From NCBI GenBank assembly GCA_034439715.1, contig JAWXAY010000033.1, positions 64,252 through 128,251 of the forward strand: DNA of 64,000 nt. Reading direction: 5' to 3'. The translations under genes were made by a program, and so were the position numbers. The notes under the pieces are model-generated. The model saw nothing but the letters and a program-made list of their open reading frames with translations. It was not told where the DNA came from and made no database searches. Position 1 is the first letter of the stretch; every line of letters begins with the position of its first letter. Shown here piece after piece: positions 48,557-57,112 of the stretch. This stretch comes from Pseudomonadota bacterium. GTDB taxonomy: Bacteria > Bdellovibrionota > Bdellovibrionia > Bdellovibrionales > SG-bin7.

Positions 48557-49930
48557 CTATTTCTTCAAGTTAAATTTTATTATAACTCGTTGTGCATCAT
48601 TACAATTATATGCCTTACAAAATTCTTCTTGATTTTTAAATCCACCCTCTGGCTGATTGCTTTTTTTACCCTCTGCCAAAAAACTTCTTCCGGTAACTTT
48701 TATTAGCGGTAGAAGTTCTTTTTGATATTCATATTTAACTTGGCTCGTGTCGGTCATATAGTTAAAAATTGATTTAGCGCGCTTGTAACTTAGGTCTAAA
48801 TTATAATTGACCGCCGCTTTGTCTTTCAGTTCTAGAGTTTTAGGATCAACATATTTTCCTTGATACGTAGGAGAAGCAAATCCAATAATTTCGACAGAGT
48901 CCAATTTTTTGGCAATTTCCTTGTCTTCCATTAGACTTTTTGCGTAAAGAGGAATCGATTGTTGTAAAATCTTTTTCATATTGGCTTTGAGGTCGGCACG
49001 TCCCGTATCAAAATATTCTTTGTCAAATTGAATTGTGATGTCGCCGGTAGAGGGGTCTATCTTTGCGCTAATTCCCGCTTTAGCAAATCGCTCTTTCATT
49101 TTTCGCGCGACTTCTCGCTTGGCTTCTTCAGTTGCTCTCATGGCGCTTAAATCTTTTTCAAGAGAGGCAGCCTTACGTTTTTCTTGTCCGAGCTCGCGGT
49201 TCACTTTGTCCGATTCGTCTTGGAGCTCCGAGACCTGCTGTTCGGTTTCTTCTTTTAGTGCCAAGATTTTTGATTCTAATTGTTTTTTCGAAGTTCTGTA
49301 TTTTTTCTGTTGTTTTTTGAGCTGTTCGATTTTTTTGTCTAGCTCGTTGTTGATGTCTTGGATTTTTTCTTCATTCTTTGCGATTAAATTTTTGTTTTCA
49401 ATAATTTGTTTTTCTTGGTCAGTGATGGTGGTTTCTTGTTCTTTGATTTCTTCTCGTTTGCTGACGATGGTTTCGTCGCGGCGCTTTAAGCGCGATTTTG
49501 ACAACATGTTGGTGTTGATAATATTGCGTATGACCTGCTGGTACTTGTTAAGTGCAAATTCTTTCTTTTCGTTTTCTTGAGATTGCTGCAATAGGTTTTC
49601 TTTTTCGTCTTTAGCAGTTTCCTGCAATAGATTAAGTTTACCGATGAGCTCCGCATAAACTTTTTGCTCATCTTCGCTGGCTTCTTCTTTGAGATATTGA
49701 TCATTGAGGGTGTTGTAAACCTTGATCTGCTGCTTGTAGTCTTCAGTCTGTGCTTGCAGTCGTTGCATTTCTTGGGTTCTTTGAAACTCTCCGGTGCCTG
49801 ATCTTAGACTTACCGAGACATATAGCATTAGAAATATCACAGACAAGTTCATGAATAGGTCAGAATAGGAATTCCATCCCATCGAAGGATCTACTTCGCT
49901 TCTTTTGAATTTATCAAAGTCAAAACTCAT
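48557..49930 (-). CDS. MotB/ZorB-like protein: TM Asp + periplasmic coiled coil + OmpA-like domain
   Basis: WNSYSDLF TM motif; about 230-aa coiled coil; YFDTGRADL, IIGFAS, NLDLSYKRA, QRVIIKF. Confidence 0.78.
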   Translation of the reverse strand: MSFDFDKFKRSEVDPSMGWNSYSDLFMNLSVIFLMLYVSVSLRSGTGEFQRTQEMQRLQAQTEDYKQQIKVYNTLNDQYLKEEASEDEQKVYAELIGKLNLLQETAKDEKENLLQQSQENEKKEFALNKYQQVIRNIINTNMLSKSRLKRRDETIVSKREEIKEQETTITDQEKQIIENKNLIAKNEEKIQDINNELDKKIEQLKKQQKKYRTSKKQLESKILALKEETEQQVSELQDESDKVNRELGQEKRKAASLEKDLSAMRATEEAKREVARKMKERFAKAGISAKIDPSTGDITIQFDKEYFDTGRADLKANMKKILQQSIPLYAKSLMEDKEIAKKLDSVEIIGFASPTYQGKYVDPKTLELKDKAAVNYNLDLSYKRAKSIFNYMTDTSQVKYEYQKELLPLIKVTGRSFLAEGKKSNQPEGGFKNQEEFCKAYNCNDAQRVIIKFNLKK

Positions 49931-49939
49931 GCAGACTTC

Positions 49940-49967
49940 TACTCGGCATTTTCTCTATGAAAATTCA
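49940..49967 (-). promoter_or_regulatory. Putative sigma28 promoter of the MotB/MotA/FHA operon
   Basis: Minus strand TGAA-N16-GCCGAGTA, 9 nt before the ATG. Confidence 0.4.
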
Positions 49968-50058
49968 GGAGGTTAAGTGGTTTTTTTCGAAAAAAAATCA
50001 GACTGCTGAGGAACCTAGAAATAGGTCCAGGAAATTTATTTTTTGGGCCGGACTTAAG

Positions 50059-51591
50059 TTAGACCGGCTCTCGACTAATAACTAGAGTTTTCTTTTCAGT
50101 AATCGTCACGGTTTCAGCTTCTGTCAAAAATGACAAATTCCGCTTCTCGACGTTTATCAGATAGCTTTTGGTGGCTTCGGGCAAATTCTTCCAAAATCGC
50201 ACCGAAAGCACTAATCCCATAACAGTAAATGGAATCAAGAACACCGGCCAGAATTGCCAATTCCATCCCGAGATATAGCCAATCGCCAACGACTGTACGC
50301 CTGAACCTAAGTAGACAAATCCATCAATAATTCCTGAGGCCGTTGCAGTAGCTTTGCGCCCACCAAAGTCAGCCGACGCTGTGCCTGAAAGCAATGAATG
50401 TACGCCAATAACTGCAGTAGAAATCAACACCACTGTAAATCCAATTAGGGTCGGTGATTTAAACAAAAATACCGACATAATAATTAAAAGCACGAGCATG
50501 ACTGCATTCAAAATTGCCGCCGGTGGTCCCCTTCGCGAGTGAAAAAGACTATCTGAAATAGTTCCTGCTAAAAATCCTCCGACTATGCCGCTCACACAAA
50601 GTAGAAGGCCCCAGTTATCAATGAAAAATGCTGAGCCAGGTTGTTTCATTTCTTTTCCAAATACTAAATACCATTGGAGGATGCCGTTACGAATCACTCC
50701 CGAGGTGAATTCCACCAGAGCAATAGTGATCAGCAGCCGATTTGAAAATATTTTCTTCAACATTTCTAGCGTTGTATAGCTCCGCTCGACTTCACCGCTC
50801 GATGCGTCGTGGGGGTCAAACTCATCAAATCCCGCTTGGTCGGGTGAGTCTTTGAGCGCGAACTTGTCAATGATTGCCCAAATTACCATAAGTACTGCGG
50901 GAATAAAAAAGACCAACCAAGTGGCGTCCATTGTCGCATCGGCTGGAACCAATAAACTGCGAAGTAAAATTTGAGTGGGACCTAAAACGGCAGTCGTTGT
51001 GGCTTTAGTGGCTTCAATAATTGCTTGGCCCCAATCGAACGCAAAATAGACTCCAAAGGAGATGAGAGTGCCAAAAATGGCGCCAAACGTACCGCGTTCC
51101 CGCACATGAAACCAATATGATTTTACTTTAATAATTGAAACAGCACCATAAGACTGAAAGTACATGTTGAGAGAATATAAAAGTGAAAAGGTCAGTACTA
51201 AATTTATCGGGAGTTGGTCATGCAAAAATAAATAAGTGGCGACACCCATTAGGATATTGGCTAGGGCCGAGCCCAGGGCACCAATGATGATTCCTTTTTT
51301 TCCACCATTTTTATCTACAAACGGACCATTAACTAAAAATGAGAGTGCGTAAGTTGTGGTACCTGCTGCAAAAATAATTCCGAAGTCTTCTTTTGACATT
51401 AGCGTACCCAGGGCATTTTTTGAAACCGCTAAATTGTAACGTCCCATATATAAAAACGCATAAGTCATGCCGAGGGGGAACCAATTAAAAAACCGTCGCC
51501 ACATAAACCAGCGGGTGTGTTTTAAGGGGTTGTTGTTAAAGTAAATCCAAATTACGAAAGAAAGTGCCAAAGAGACAATCAATAAACCCAT
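50059..51591 (-). CDS. MFS transporter, organophosphate:Pi antiporter (GlpT/UhpT-like)
   Basis: YAFLYMGRYN, WFHVRERGTF, GTISD..SRRGP, ATASGIIDGFVYLG. AGGGGG SD before ATG 51591. Confidence 0.82.
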   Translation of the reverse strand: MGLLIVSLALSFVIWIYFNNNPLKHTRWFMWRRFFNWFPLGMTYAFLYMGRYNLAVSKNALGTLMSKEDFGIIFAAGTTTYALSFLVNGPFVDKNGGKKGIIIGALGSALANILMGVATYLFLHDQLPINLVLTFSLLYSLNMYFQSYGAVSIIKVKSYWFHVRERGTFGAIFGTLISFGVYFAFDWGQAIIEATKATTTAVLGPTQILLRSLLVPADATMDATWLVFFIPAVLMVIWAIIDKFALKDSPDQAGFDEFDPHDASSGEVERSYTTLEMLKKIFSNRLLITIALVEFTSGVIRNGILQWYLVFGKEMKQPGSAFFIDNWGLLLCVSGIVGGFLAGTISDSLFHSRRGPPAAILNAVMLVLLIIMSVFLFKSPTLIGFTVVLISTAVIGVHSLLSGTASADFGGRKATATASGIIDGFVYLGSGVQSLAIGYISGWNWQFWPVFLIPFTVMGLVLSVRFWKNLPEATKSYLINVEKRNLSFLTEAETVTITEKKTLVISREPV

Positions 51592-51724
51592 TAGGCCCCC
51601 TAAGAGTGGTTGGCACCGTTCTATTTGATGGGGGTAAACTTTGTCCAATGATTTTTTAAAAGGAAAAAAGTCTTATAAACCTAGTAACATTTAAGCAGCA
51701 CGTTTAAGTGAGCGAATTGACTGC

Positions 51725-53608
51725 CTAAAACTTGACAATCGTGACATTCCAATTGGTCGGAGCCACTGACAATCCGCTAGCACCTAAATTATGGATCCCA
51801 ACAGTAACTTGCGAAGCTGCATTAACGTAGCACGAATGTCCAATGGCATTAGTAGGGTTAGAAGTGGGGTGGCAAAGCACAGTATCTCCAACAGCAACCC
51901 CCGGAACCGAAGTGATAACACAGGACGCTCCGTTGTTGGCAGGAATTGGTAGGGTCGGGGTGTATGCGCCGCAAGTCGCGCTTGCCATTACCTTTACATA
52001 TTGTAAAGGTGACCCTGATGGGCCAATTTTAACAGAACCCACGACATCCAACATTGCGCCGGGAGTGTTTGTTCCTATGCCGACATTACCACTTGGCTTA
52101 ATAATCATCTGCGGTGTTCCGGTTTGTCCCAGGCCGAGGTCGCCGCCGTTAGCCGCAATATTTAATGGAGCCGCTGTAGATTGCCAAATTGTATTGGTGT
52201 CGGAGCCATTTAAGCGTAGTCCACTAAACATTGAGAAGCCCGTCGCGACATCTAGCTTTGCTGTTGGACTTGTAGTTCCGATGCCGACATTTCCTGAAGA
52301 ATCAACGCGGAGACTTTCAATTCCTGCGACTGAAATAGCTATTCCACCACCACCCGGAACAAACAAGCCCGTGTTGCCAGTATTTAGCTGCAGGGCAGGA
52401 GAGGTTGGGGTCCCGAGGGTACCAATTTGTAAATTTCCCGTCATAGATCCACCGGCAAGAGGAAGTTTTGTGGCGTCGACATCGTTATCAACAGTGCAAC
52501 CAAATGAATAAGTAGGACCACCGGAAACTTGAATCTTTTGTCCCGCTAAACAGATTGGAAACGAATTGGCATTTAACACATCACCCGCTGTAAAACCGAC
52601 ATTGGCCAATGCCGCTGCCCCTAATCCTAAGTTCGTTCTCGCGCTACCGATAGTAGATGCACCCGTTCCCCCATTGGCTAGCGGTAAGATTCCTGAAAAA
52701 CTAGTGGCCGCTACGTTTGTCAGCAAGCTTCCGTTAACAGCAGGTAACATTGCCGAACCATCAAGTTGCACAATTTTGCCGGCTGTAGTTCCGACGTCAA
52801 CTGAAATAGAACCCGTAGTGGTAATTGGGCCACCAACAAGTCCAGCTCCAGTTGAAATGCTTGTTACCGTGCCACCACCGCCTGCGATCGTCCAACTCAA
52901 GTTTCCTGCGCCATCTGTCGCAAGAATTTGACCGACAGTTCCGGCATTGGGAGGAAGGGTCAGCAAAGTATTGCTACCGAGTCCTGCCGGCGCGCGGAGA
53001 CCTACATAAAAACTGCCACTATCACCAAAGCGAAGTTCATTTTGATTTGAAAACTTCAAAGGACCACTAATAATTGAGTTTCCAGCAGAGGGCACGAAGT
53101 CAGTCGGCACCTTTCCTTGTAAACTTTCGGACACGGTAGCCATGGGAACCGCCGACATTGCGAGATCAGGTGAAAGTACTGTACCGTTGACGGTAACGCG
53201 AAGCAGACGCCCATCAAATGCTGCAGGCGTGTAACCAGGAGCGCAATTAGGCGTAGTTGAAGAGCGAAGTTGGGAATCGTTTTGAAAGAGTGTGCGCCAT
53301 AATAGGCCGCCATCAGTTCCTGCGGAAGCTCTGCTGCCAGAACCCACTTTAGTAGAAAAAAATCCGTCAGCGGCAATGGGCACGCTGCTTTGTGTTTCTT
53401 CAAATACTAAACAGTTGCCGGCAGGATTATAAATCTGAAATACTAAACTCGCGGGACTTGCTAATGGGACATCGCTTGAGTCGAGCAGGTAGCCCTCAAA
53501 ATTGAAATCTTTTGTGAGTTCAATCGCCGAGGCCGGGGTCACGAATTGCGTGCTCAGTCCAAGAAGTAAAATTAGCAATCCTCTATTATTATTTGTACTT
53601 TTGTTCAT
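51725..53608 (-). CDS. Secreted Gly/Thr-rich fibre-like adhesin (Bdellovibrio trimeric fibre/YapH-like)
   Basis: Signal peptide, FEGYLLD..FQIYNPAGNCLVFEETQ N-domain, LPLANGGTGA, two GNVGIGTxxP repeats. Confidence 0.75.
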   Translation of the reverse strand: MNKSTNNNRGLLILLLGLSTQFVTPASAIELTKDFNFEGYLLDSSDVPLASPASLVFQIYNPAGNCLVFEETQSSVPIAADGFFSTKVGSGSRASAGTDGGLLWRTLFQNDSQLRSSTTPNCAPGYTPAAFDGRLLRVTVNGTVLSPDLAMSAVPMATVSESLQGKVPTDFVPSAGNSIISGPLKFSNQNELRFGDSGSFYVGLRAPAGLGSNTLLTLPPNAGTVGQILATDGAGNLSWTIAGGGGTVTSISTGAGLVGGPITTTGSISVDVGTTAGKIVQLDGSAMLPAVNGSLLTNVAATSFSGILPLANGGTGASTIGSARTNLGLGAAALANVGFTAGDVLNANSFPICLAGQKIQVSGGPTYSFGCTVDNDVDATKLPLAGGSMTGNLQIGTLGTPTSPALQLNTGNTGLFVPGGGGIAISVAGIESLRVDSSGNVGIGTTSPTAKLDVATGFSMFSGLRLNGSDTNTIWQSTAAPLNIAANGGDLGLGQTGTPQMIIKPSGNVGIGTNTPGAMLDVVGSVKIGPSGSPLQYVKVMASATCGAYTPTLPIPANNGASCVITSVPGVAVGDTVLCHPTSNPTNAIGHSCYVNAASQVTVGIHNLGASGLSVAPTNWNVTIVKF

Positions 53609-53621
53609 ACGTCCCTCGTTT

Positions 53622-54296
53622 TTATTTCACTTTTAATTTGATGCCCGTGCCTGTCAGAGTTCCTGCGCGTTCAACGCGACCCACTTGGCCCAACATTTTT
53701 ATGCCCGTCCCTGTCGCCACTTGACTAGCTGTTGATACGCGAAATCCACGGAGACCATTTGAAGGCGATGTGGTTTCCACGCACGTTGACGGCATTGATG
53801 AGGTGACAGCAATGTTTTGCGATTCCCCCGGAAAGCTCGCCGCAATATCTACAGTTTGTACTTCTTGCGAAATTTCAATATTAGAAGCGATGCCCACTAG
53901 ATATATTTGATCTAGTTGAGAAGCTGCAAATGCGGCTCCCATCTGCGGGCAGGGATTGTCTTCTCCTGCCTGTTGTAGAAAGACGAAAAGTTTAATTTCT
54001 CGACTGGATCCGCGTTCCACTTGAGCTTCTATAAGTGCGCCAGGATTTACAAAGCCTGCGACGACTCCAGTTTCGGGACTACAAGTAGTGGCGGGATTAC
54101 TACTGATGCCTGGGCCGGTAATATTAACACCGTAGCAGGCTTTGCGATTAGCAGGCATGGCGGACATTGTGCCAATTTTGCTGGAGGAATTAACGGATTC
54201 AGGGGCGCGAATAGAAATAGTCGAAACTTTGCCGGCTTTTCTGCTGCAACCAACCACTAGAATCAATAAAAATCCCATGTTGAGAAATTGGCGCAT
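53622..54296 (-). CDS. Lipoprotein of unknown function, co-transcribed with the fibre gene
   Basis: GGAGG SD, VVGC lipobox, CYGVNITGPGI motif. Start moved to ATG 54296. Confidence 0.72.
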   Translation of the reverse strand: MRQFLNMGFLLILVVGCSRKAGKVSTISIRAPESVNSSSKIGTMSAMPANRKACYGVNITGPGISSNPATTCSPETGVVAGFVNPGALIEAQVERGSSREIKLFVFLQQAGEDNPCPQMGAAFAASQLDQIYLVGIASNIEISQEVQTVDIAASFPGESQNIAVTSSMPSTCVETTSPSNGLRGFRVSTASQVATGTGIKMLGQVGRVERAGTLTGTGIKLKVK

Positions 54297-54318
54297 ACGT
54301 GAGCTTCCTCCGGGACCT

Positions 54319-54346
54319 TTGTCGGTGTCGGAGTTCACGAACTTTA
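54319..54346 (-). promoter_or_regulatory. Putative sigma28 promoter for the lipoprotein-fibre operon
   Basis: Minus strand TAAA-N16-ACCGACAA. Confidence 0.5.
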
Positions 54347-54514
54347 GTTGGCCGGTCGATATATCGTTTAATCTCAAAGCGGGTGTCTCGTAAGGGGCCC
54401 GCCCCTCAAAACGAAACAATCTTCCCAAAATAAATATTTCTTTTTGACTCCTGCAGCATCTTGTTGAAATTGCACGGGAGTCATCAGCTCTTCGTCTAGA
54501 TTCTTGACTTCAAA

Positions 54515-54543
54515 TTGACTTACGGTAAACTTACGGTTATTGT
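54515..54543 (+). promoter_or_regulatory. Sigma70 promoter of lexA containing a direct-repeat candidate operator
   Basis: TTGACT-N17-TATTGT with ACTTACGGT-AA-ACTTACGGT across the spacer. Confidence 0.6.
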
Positions 54544-54549
54544 CAAAAC

Positions 54550-55161
54550 ATGAACGAGAGACCAAATCTAACACCCAAACAAAAGACCTTCTTAGAGTTC
54601 ATCAACGACTTTCAAGAACGTCACGGCTATCCGCCCTCCCAGCCCGAGATCGCTCAGCACTTTGGGTATAAGTCTTTGGGCACCGTTCAAGATTACTTAC
54701 AACGACTTAAAGAACATGGACACCTTGAACATGATAGCAATGCCCGTCGAGGCATTAAGGTCACAAACGACAACCATCATCTCCCACTGATGGGACGTGT
54801 GGCTGCAGGTCGGCCTATCGAGGCTTTGCTACATCAAGAAACCATCGAGGTTCCCCCTTCCTTCCTAAAAAAAGGTTTTGATTATTTTGCTCTGGAAGTG
54901 AAGGGGGATTCCATGATTGGCGAGGGTATATTAGACGGCGACAAAGTTGTTGTGCGCAAACAAGTTGTGGCTCGTAACGGAGAAACTGTCATTGCCATGA
55001 TTGAAAACGAAGCGACCGTAAAAAAGTTTTTTAAGCAAAAAGATAAAATTGAACTGCGCTCAGCAAACTCTAATTACAAACCCATCATCGTGAGGCCATC
55101 AACGCCGTTTAAAATCGAGGGTATTGTGGTGGGGGTCTTGCGATATATGGGCGTGGCTTAA
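54550..55161 (+). CDS. lexA: SOS repressor LexA
   Basis: LTPKQ..GYPPS..EI wHTH, VAAG cleavage site, GDSM Ser, ATVKK Lys. Confidence 0.93.
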   Translation: MNERPNLTPKQKTFLEFINDFQERHGYPPSQPEIAQHFGYKSLGTVQDYLQRLKEHGHLEHDSNARRGIKVTNDNHHLPLMGRVAAGRPIEALLHQETIEVPPSFLKKGFDYFALEVKGDSMIGEGILDGDKVVVRKQVVARNGETVIAMIENEATVKKFFKQKDKIELRSANSNYKPIIVRPSTPFKIEGIVVGVLRYMGVA

Positions 55162-55187
55162 CGTATTTTTTAACAGATGAGGAAGAT

Positions 55188-55715
55188 ATGTCATCACTAG
55201 CGGCCTTAAAAGCCTTGGTAGGGGCGACCTACGCCCCAATTGAGAGAAAGTTTTTTCATTTTTCACAAATTCCACAAGGTATTCCACAGGGAATCATCGC
55301 CGAGGTCTGCGGGCTTGGCAAAACTGAGTTTGTCATAAAACTCCTCAGAGAAAATTTTAATTTAAAAGCCGCATGGGTAGAACAGGAAGTCACTCTTAAT
55401 CCCTGCGCCTTTGTGCAAAAAGGTGTCTCTCTCGATAATGTTTTATTTATCGAGCCTCAGGAGTTTGACGTCTGGGTTTTGCTACAACTATTAAATAGTC
55501 AGTTGTTTCCCCTTGTCGTTTGTCAAACTGTGGGGGATGAAAAACTTTTACGTCGGCTTATGCTCACTTGCGAAAAATCCGGTAGTACCTTACTGATGCT
55601 GTCCTCTCAATTTCAAAAGTCCTGGACGATTAAAATGCAAATCGAAGTCGCACGCATGGGCTTTACTTCAGAAATTCAGACCCAAGTTAAAAAAACTTCC
55701 TTTTTTGTGGTGTAA
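55188..55715 (+). CDS. imuA: ImuA-like (RecA-like) mutasome accessory protein
   Basis: GIPQGIIAEVCGLGKTEF degenerate Walker A; position in lexA-imuA-imuB-dnaE2. Confidence 0.72.
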   Translation: MSSLAALKALVGATYAPIERKFFHFSQIPQGIPQGIIAEVCGLGKTEFVIKLLRENFNLKAAWVEQEVTLNPCAFVQKGVSLDNVLFIEPQEFDVWVLLQLLNSQLFPLVVCQTVGDEKLLRRLMLTCEKSGSTLLMLSSQFQKSWTIKMQIEVARMGFTSEIQTQVKKTSFFVV

Positions 55716-57094
55716 TGCATATGAGAGTTGCGTGCTTATTTTTTTCTAAACCTAGTAACACGGAAGCCTTAAGAGCTATTGGTGAGGCGTGTTTGCGCTT
55801 TACTCCGCAAGTCGCAGTCACCTACGAGGCTGTGTTTTTAGACATCAGTCGCTCACAAAGGCTTTATAGTGAAGAGTCCTTGCGGCTGCGTCTTAAAAGA
55901 ATTTCAGAGAAATTTAAACTTATCTGCCAAATCCGTTTTGCTGACGATGCGCCAACAGCATTAGCTTTAGCCCGTTACAACAAATCTACAAAGGCAGAGC
56001 TCCCTCTGGAAGCCCTAAGCGATTTTATTAATCCTTTTATGCATGATGATTCTATTGAGAGGGTAGTCTTTACGCTTTTAAACTTAGGAGTTAAGACCAT
56101 TGGCGGTTTTTTACATTTGCCACGCCACGCTTGGGCTGCCAGATTTGGCGCACTTGGCCTTCATCTTGAAAAGCGCGTGCGCGACGCCTCTGATCTGCCC
56201 TGGCCTCTCTTTGAATTACCGCAAAAAATAATTGAGCGTCTGGATTTTAGTGAGTCTGAGCTTTCTGGCAACTTAGAGACCCTTTTGTTTTTTTTGAAAA
56301 ATGTCATTGATAGAGCTATGGCAAGATTGCGCGGCAAGGGTGAAATTCCTTCGTGTATAAAACTAAAGCTTATGCAAGAAAAATTTAGTCACATTAAAAC
56401 ACCCCTACTTATTTATCCGTTTAGCTTTCCTATGCCACAATCATCCGTGCTCAACATGATCACCATTTTTCGCGAAAGGCTCTCTCGAGAGTTTGCTAAA
56501 AGCCCACTTCAATCGGAGGTGGTTTCTATAGAGCTTGAAATTTTAGAGTCCATTCCGAGAATCCAAGCACAAACTAACTTTTTTAGCAAACACGAAGAAA
56601 AATCTGAAGAGTGGCATGGCCTCATCGCCCGGCTTATAGAAAAGCTGGGAGAGACAAGTGTCTTTAAAGCTCAACTTCAAGAGCGTTACCTGCCAGAAAA
56701 ATCATGGAATAAAGAATTTAAGCCCCAATGGACGAAAAACTTTAATCAAGGAGAAGATTATGTCCGAAGTTCTGCAAACCCGCCTGTGTGTATTCCTAGT
56801 TCTATTCATGCAGGTGTGGTGCCTGTGGTGCCTTTGAGTCTGCCTTATCCTGAGCGGCCCTTGCGGCTGCTCACGAATCCTAAAAAATTGGATTTTTATC
56901 AAGGTGTGTTTGCTAGTGATAAAAAGAGTTGGCGTCTTCGTAATTTTGATGGACCTGAACGTTTAAGCGGGGAGTGGTGGAACGAAATGTTCTCACGCGA
57001 GTACTATCGCGTTGCCACCGATACCGGTGAGCAACTTTGGGTCTACAAAGATCTGCCAACTCACCAATATTACCTTCATGGCTATTTTGATTAA
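55715..57094 (+). CDS. imuB: ImuB, inactive Y-family polymerase
   Basis: RFTPQV..VFLDI, QTNFF clamp-like motif, RPLRLL, GPERLSGEWW, YYLHGYFD. Confidence 0.85.
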   Translation: MHMRVACLFFSKPSNTEALRAIGEACLRFTPQVAVTYEAVFLDISRSQRLYSEESLRLRLKRISEKFKLICQIRFADDAPTALALARYNKSTKAELPLEALSDFINPFMHDDSIERVVFTLLNLGVKTIGGFLHLPRHAWAARFGALGLHLEKRVRDASDLPWPLFELPQKIIERLDFSESELSGNLETLLFFLKNVIDRAMARLRGKGEIPSCIKLKLMQEKFSHIKTPLLIYPFSFPMPQSSVLNMITIFRERLSREFAKSPLQSEVVSIELEILESIPRIQAQTNFFSKHEEKSEEWHGLIARLIEKLGETSVFKAQLQERYLPEKSWNKEFKPQWTKNFNQGEDYVRSSANPPVCIPSSIHAGVVPVVPLSLPYPERPLRLLTNPKKLDFYQGVFASDKKSWRLRNFDGPERLSGEWWNEMFSREYYRVATDTGEQLWVYKDLPTHQYYLHGYFD

Positions 57095-57112
57095 TCACCA
57101 TACCAGGAGCTT

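Noticed and set aside
44805..49930. Calling the operon a canonical Zorya defence system or flagellar MotAB
   Set aside because: No ZorC/D/E genes, no long ZorA tail, reversed gene order, and an atypical long coiled coil in the B subunit; kept as a distinct candidate system
33469..52931. Longer antisense ORFs in the track (e.g. 33469-33936, 47508-48140, 49035-49580, 51843-52511)
   Set aside because: They are shadows of well-supported opposite-strand genes, with low-complexity translations and no motifs
51725..53608. Prophage tail-fibre gene
   Set aside because: It has a Sec signal peptide and no neighbouring phage genes
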